Origin: Salpingoeca rosetta
Taxonomy: Eukaryota; Protista; Choanoflagellata
Direction of reading: 5' to 3'
DNA length: 64,000 nt
NCBI GenBank assembly: GCA_033442325.1
Contig: JAWQFM010000008.1
Coordinates: 685,103 to 749,102 of the forward strand
Made by a program: the position numbers and the translations under genes. This document shows positions 61,468 to 64,000 of this stretch, one piece after another. Every line of letters starts with the position of its first letter. Within the stretch, counting starts at the first letter, position 1. Below the pieces are notes generated by a model. That model did no database searches. It was not told the DNA's origin and saw only the letters and a list, made by a program, of their open reading frames with translations.

Positions 61468-62857
61468 GAGGATGCACCTGCTCTGCCTGTGTTGCAAACT
61501 GCTCTGGCGTCAGCTCGCCGGCAATCAACTTGTCCAGGATCTCGTTCTTCAGATAGTTGGCGCGGCTCCTGCAGTGCAGCCACACTCAACTGTCAACTCG
61601 ACGGTGTTGGAAGGTTCGCCTCACGTGCATATACACACAATACATGCACAGTACATACACACTCACATACACAATACGCACACATGCACACAAACAATAC
61701 ACACACTACATGCACACACAGACAATACACACACCCACCTGCACTCCTTCTTGTACGGGTCGCCGTCGTTGCGGAACTTGTTGAAGATGGCCTCCTCAAC
61801 CTTGCAGGCGACATCGGCTACAGACTTCTGCGACCGGCCCGGGTTCAGCGACACAATGCGACGGATAATCACGCTGCGCATGCCGTCACGCTTCTGGCTA
61901 CCTGTCTTGGAAAACTCAACTGCCAGCACACGCATGAATGCACAAACCACGTGGGAACATAGCGCATGTGTGTCGAGGGACACATACAGTCAGTGCAAGG
62001 CAAGCGAAATGAGCGAGAAATGGCGGACAAGAAGAGTGCAGCTGCCACCAGGCACCGGTGTTCTCAAAAATATGCAGCAGTAGACGGTGTGCGTTGCACG
62101 GTACTGCTTTGGCGTGAGTGGCAGTGGGCTGTAGACTGACCATCAACACTTGACGTGGAGCCAGAAGAGCGGCGTCGTACTTGTGTGCTTGCTGTTGGGA
62201 TTTACATGAAGCAGGATGGACAGAGAGAGAGAGGTGGGGGGCACAAAGGCAAAGCACTTAGTGTGAGTTGGGATATCCAGTACCAGTTCACGCCATTACA
62301 CACGTGCACAGTCGCGAACGGAGGTGGGGGGGGGGGAAGAGCAAGCCGGCACACGGACAAACAGACTGGCGGGCAACAACAAAGAGGCGGGTGAGAGATA
62401 GAGGAAGAGATAGAGACAAGGAGGTTGAGACGGACTTCACACCAACACACACACATAGACACTCAGAGACACACACACAGATACGCAGAGAGAGAGACAC
62501 GCACACAGAGACACGCACACACAGATACGCAGATGACACAGACACACAGACACAGACACAGACACACACAGACACACACAGACACACACAAAGACAGACA
62601 CGCACACGGCCACTATGGAGAACTGACTGGCTGCAGAAGTGGAAGGGCCGGCAGCAGGCGCCTTCTTCCACGCCTCCAAGAGGCTCTTGATCTTCTGTTT
62701 CAGTGGTGCAGGGCCTTTGCGCATCACCTGAGACACGGACTTGCCCAGCATGGCCTTCTTCACCACCGCCATGTTGAACTGCTGCTTGGCAATCTGGTCA
62801 ATGACATCTGTTGCGCTGGCCGCGTCCTGACAAGCAAGCAGTGTGAGGACCGCACAA

Positions 62858-62895
<38 letters not shown>

Positions 62896-63063
62896 AAAAC
62901 ACTACGCAGTGGACAACATTGTTTGCAAAGCTCACGCAGCTGCATCATTCAATCGCTCACACACACGTCCACACGCTCACACACACACTCACACACTCAC
63001 CAAGCTGGGCTGTGCAAGCAGCTCTTGCAAGCGCTTGTTGAACTTCACTGCCTGCTCCTCCAT
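60682..63063 (-). CDS. Transcription elongation factor TFIIS-family protein (domain I, domain II, Zn ribbon); 7 exons
   Basis: [13 protein letters not shown]; LGKSV...[10 protein letters not shown]; VEEAIFNKF...[13 protein letters not shown]; LKCGKCGK...[24 protein letters not shown]. Confidence 0.9.
61264..61467. repeat. (CAA)n microsatellite in a TFIIS intron
   Basis: Visible tandem repeat. Confidence 0.95.
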
Positions 63064-63374
63064 CTTGGATGCGTGCTGTTGTGGCTGGCGCGCTGCTGTG
63101 TTTTACTTTGCAAATTGTGTCATGTGACTGTGCAATTTGCAAAGCTAGACAAGCTCAAGTTCACACACACACACCACACCACACTCTAGCAGTCATGTGT
63201 ATATTGTGTGATGCGACCAAGCAGGCTCAAGCGTCTCTTGTACAGCCGCTACCAAACAAGAACAGGTTCGAATAAATGCACGCACACAAACCAGAAGCGT
63301 ATGTCACAAGACTAAGCAAAGTATCTCTGCAACAAGTGATTCCTAACGATATCCCCAAAACACACACACACACA

Positions 63375-63459
<85 letters not shown>

Positions 63460-63508
63460 GCAGCGCGCGGGCGGACAACGAATACAAGGGGGTGAACGCA
63501 AAAGCAAC

Positions 63509-63752
63509 ATGGGGAATCAGCTTGTTCGGCTGAAAAACTCAAGGTGAAGTTGCGGCTGCATTTGTGCATTCACAATACGCAGAGGTCAAAACGCAAAGAA
63601 TCATGTGTAGACAGCACCGCCGTCAGTCATCAACGAGATGCACGATGAAGGAGTGGGAAAGAACAAGAAGAAACACGGCCATCGACCTGAAGAAACACAT
63701 GCGTGCACCCCACGACGCCAAAGGGCCAGCCTTTGCTGCCATCGAGCCCACT
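63509..63752 (+). CDS. Possible first two exons of a gene that continues beyond the window
   Basis: ATG GGG AAT CAG (MGNQLVRLKNS), a GTGAAG donor, a phase-compatible acceptor near 63610 and a GTTGGT donor at 63753. No homology support. Confidence 0.25.
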
Positions 63753-63903
63753 GGTTGGTATCCGAGGTCGATTGGATGTTGATCGGTGGCTTGGTTGATT
63801 GGATGTGTATCGGTTGCTTGGTTGGCTGGGTGGTTGGCTGCGGCGTTGGTGGCTCGCACGCGGTGCCGAGCCATAAACCAAGAGGAAGAACGAAGAAAGA
63901 TGA

Positions 63904-64000
63904 CGAGGAGGAGGAGGAGGAGAAGGAGGAGGAGGAGGAGGAGGAGGAGGAGGAGGAGGAGGAGGAGGAGGAGGAGGAGGAGGAGGAGGAGGAGGAGGAA
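63904..64000. repeat. (GAG)n microsatellite
   Basis: Visible tandem repeat. Confidence 0.95.

Noticed and set aside
60868-61962. 364-aa poly-Q ORF on the + strand
   Set aside because: It is antisense to TFIIS, and the poly-Q is an intronic (CAA)n tract.

Overview
Eukaryotic, gene-dense and intron-rich draft-assembly sequence. Most introns carry (CA)n/(GT)n microsatellites, and there are five N-gaps. The style and gene content suggest a choanoflagellate such as Salpingoeca rosetta (inference, not a database match). Most ORFs in the supplied track are microsatellite artefacts (VCVC/THTH), so genes were rebuilt by hand from GT-AG exons. In order: dual-specificity phosphatase 3' end (+); RanBP2/Nup358-like nucleoporin (-); TM2D2-like protein (+); truncated DUF2961/GH172-like gene (-); SRSF11/SREK1-like RRM protein (+, cut by a gap); WDR3/UTP12 (-); NOL9/Grc3 (-); AlaX-type tRNA editing protein (-); class II fructose-bisphosphate aldolase (+); DDX31/Dbp7 (-); CARS2-like CysRS (+); NIPA Mg2+ transporter (+); bacterial-like DapA/NAL-family aldolase (-); intronless orphan ORF (-); secreted GH31 glycosidase (-); Erf4/CHIC-like protein (+); divergent TFIIS (-). 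I found no tRNA, rRNA, CRISPR array or transposase. The main leads are: (1) a Nup358-like gene with two near-identical Ran-binding modules and a putative IR SUMO-E3 motif plus SIM, in an apparently non-animal genome; (2) a TM2D2 orthologue with a mucin-like stalk; (3) an exact duplication of the HxxxH Zn motif in AlaX; (4) a co-oriented GH31-orphan-aldolase block; (5) very compact head-to-head and tandem gene spacing.
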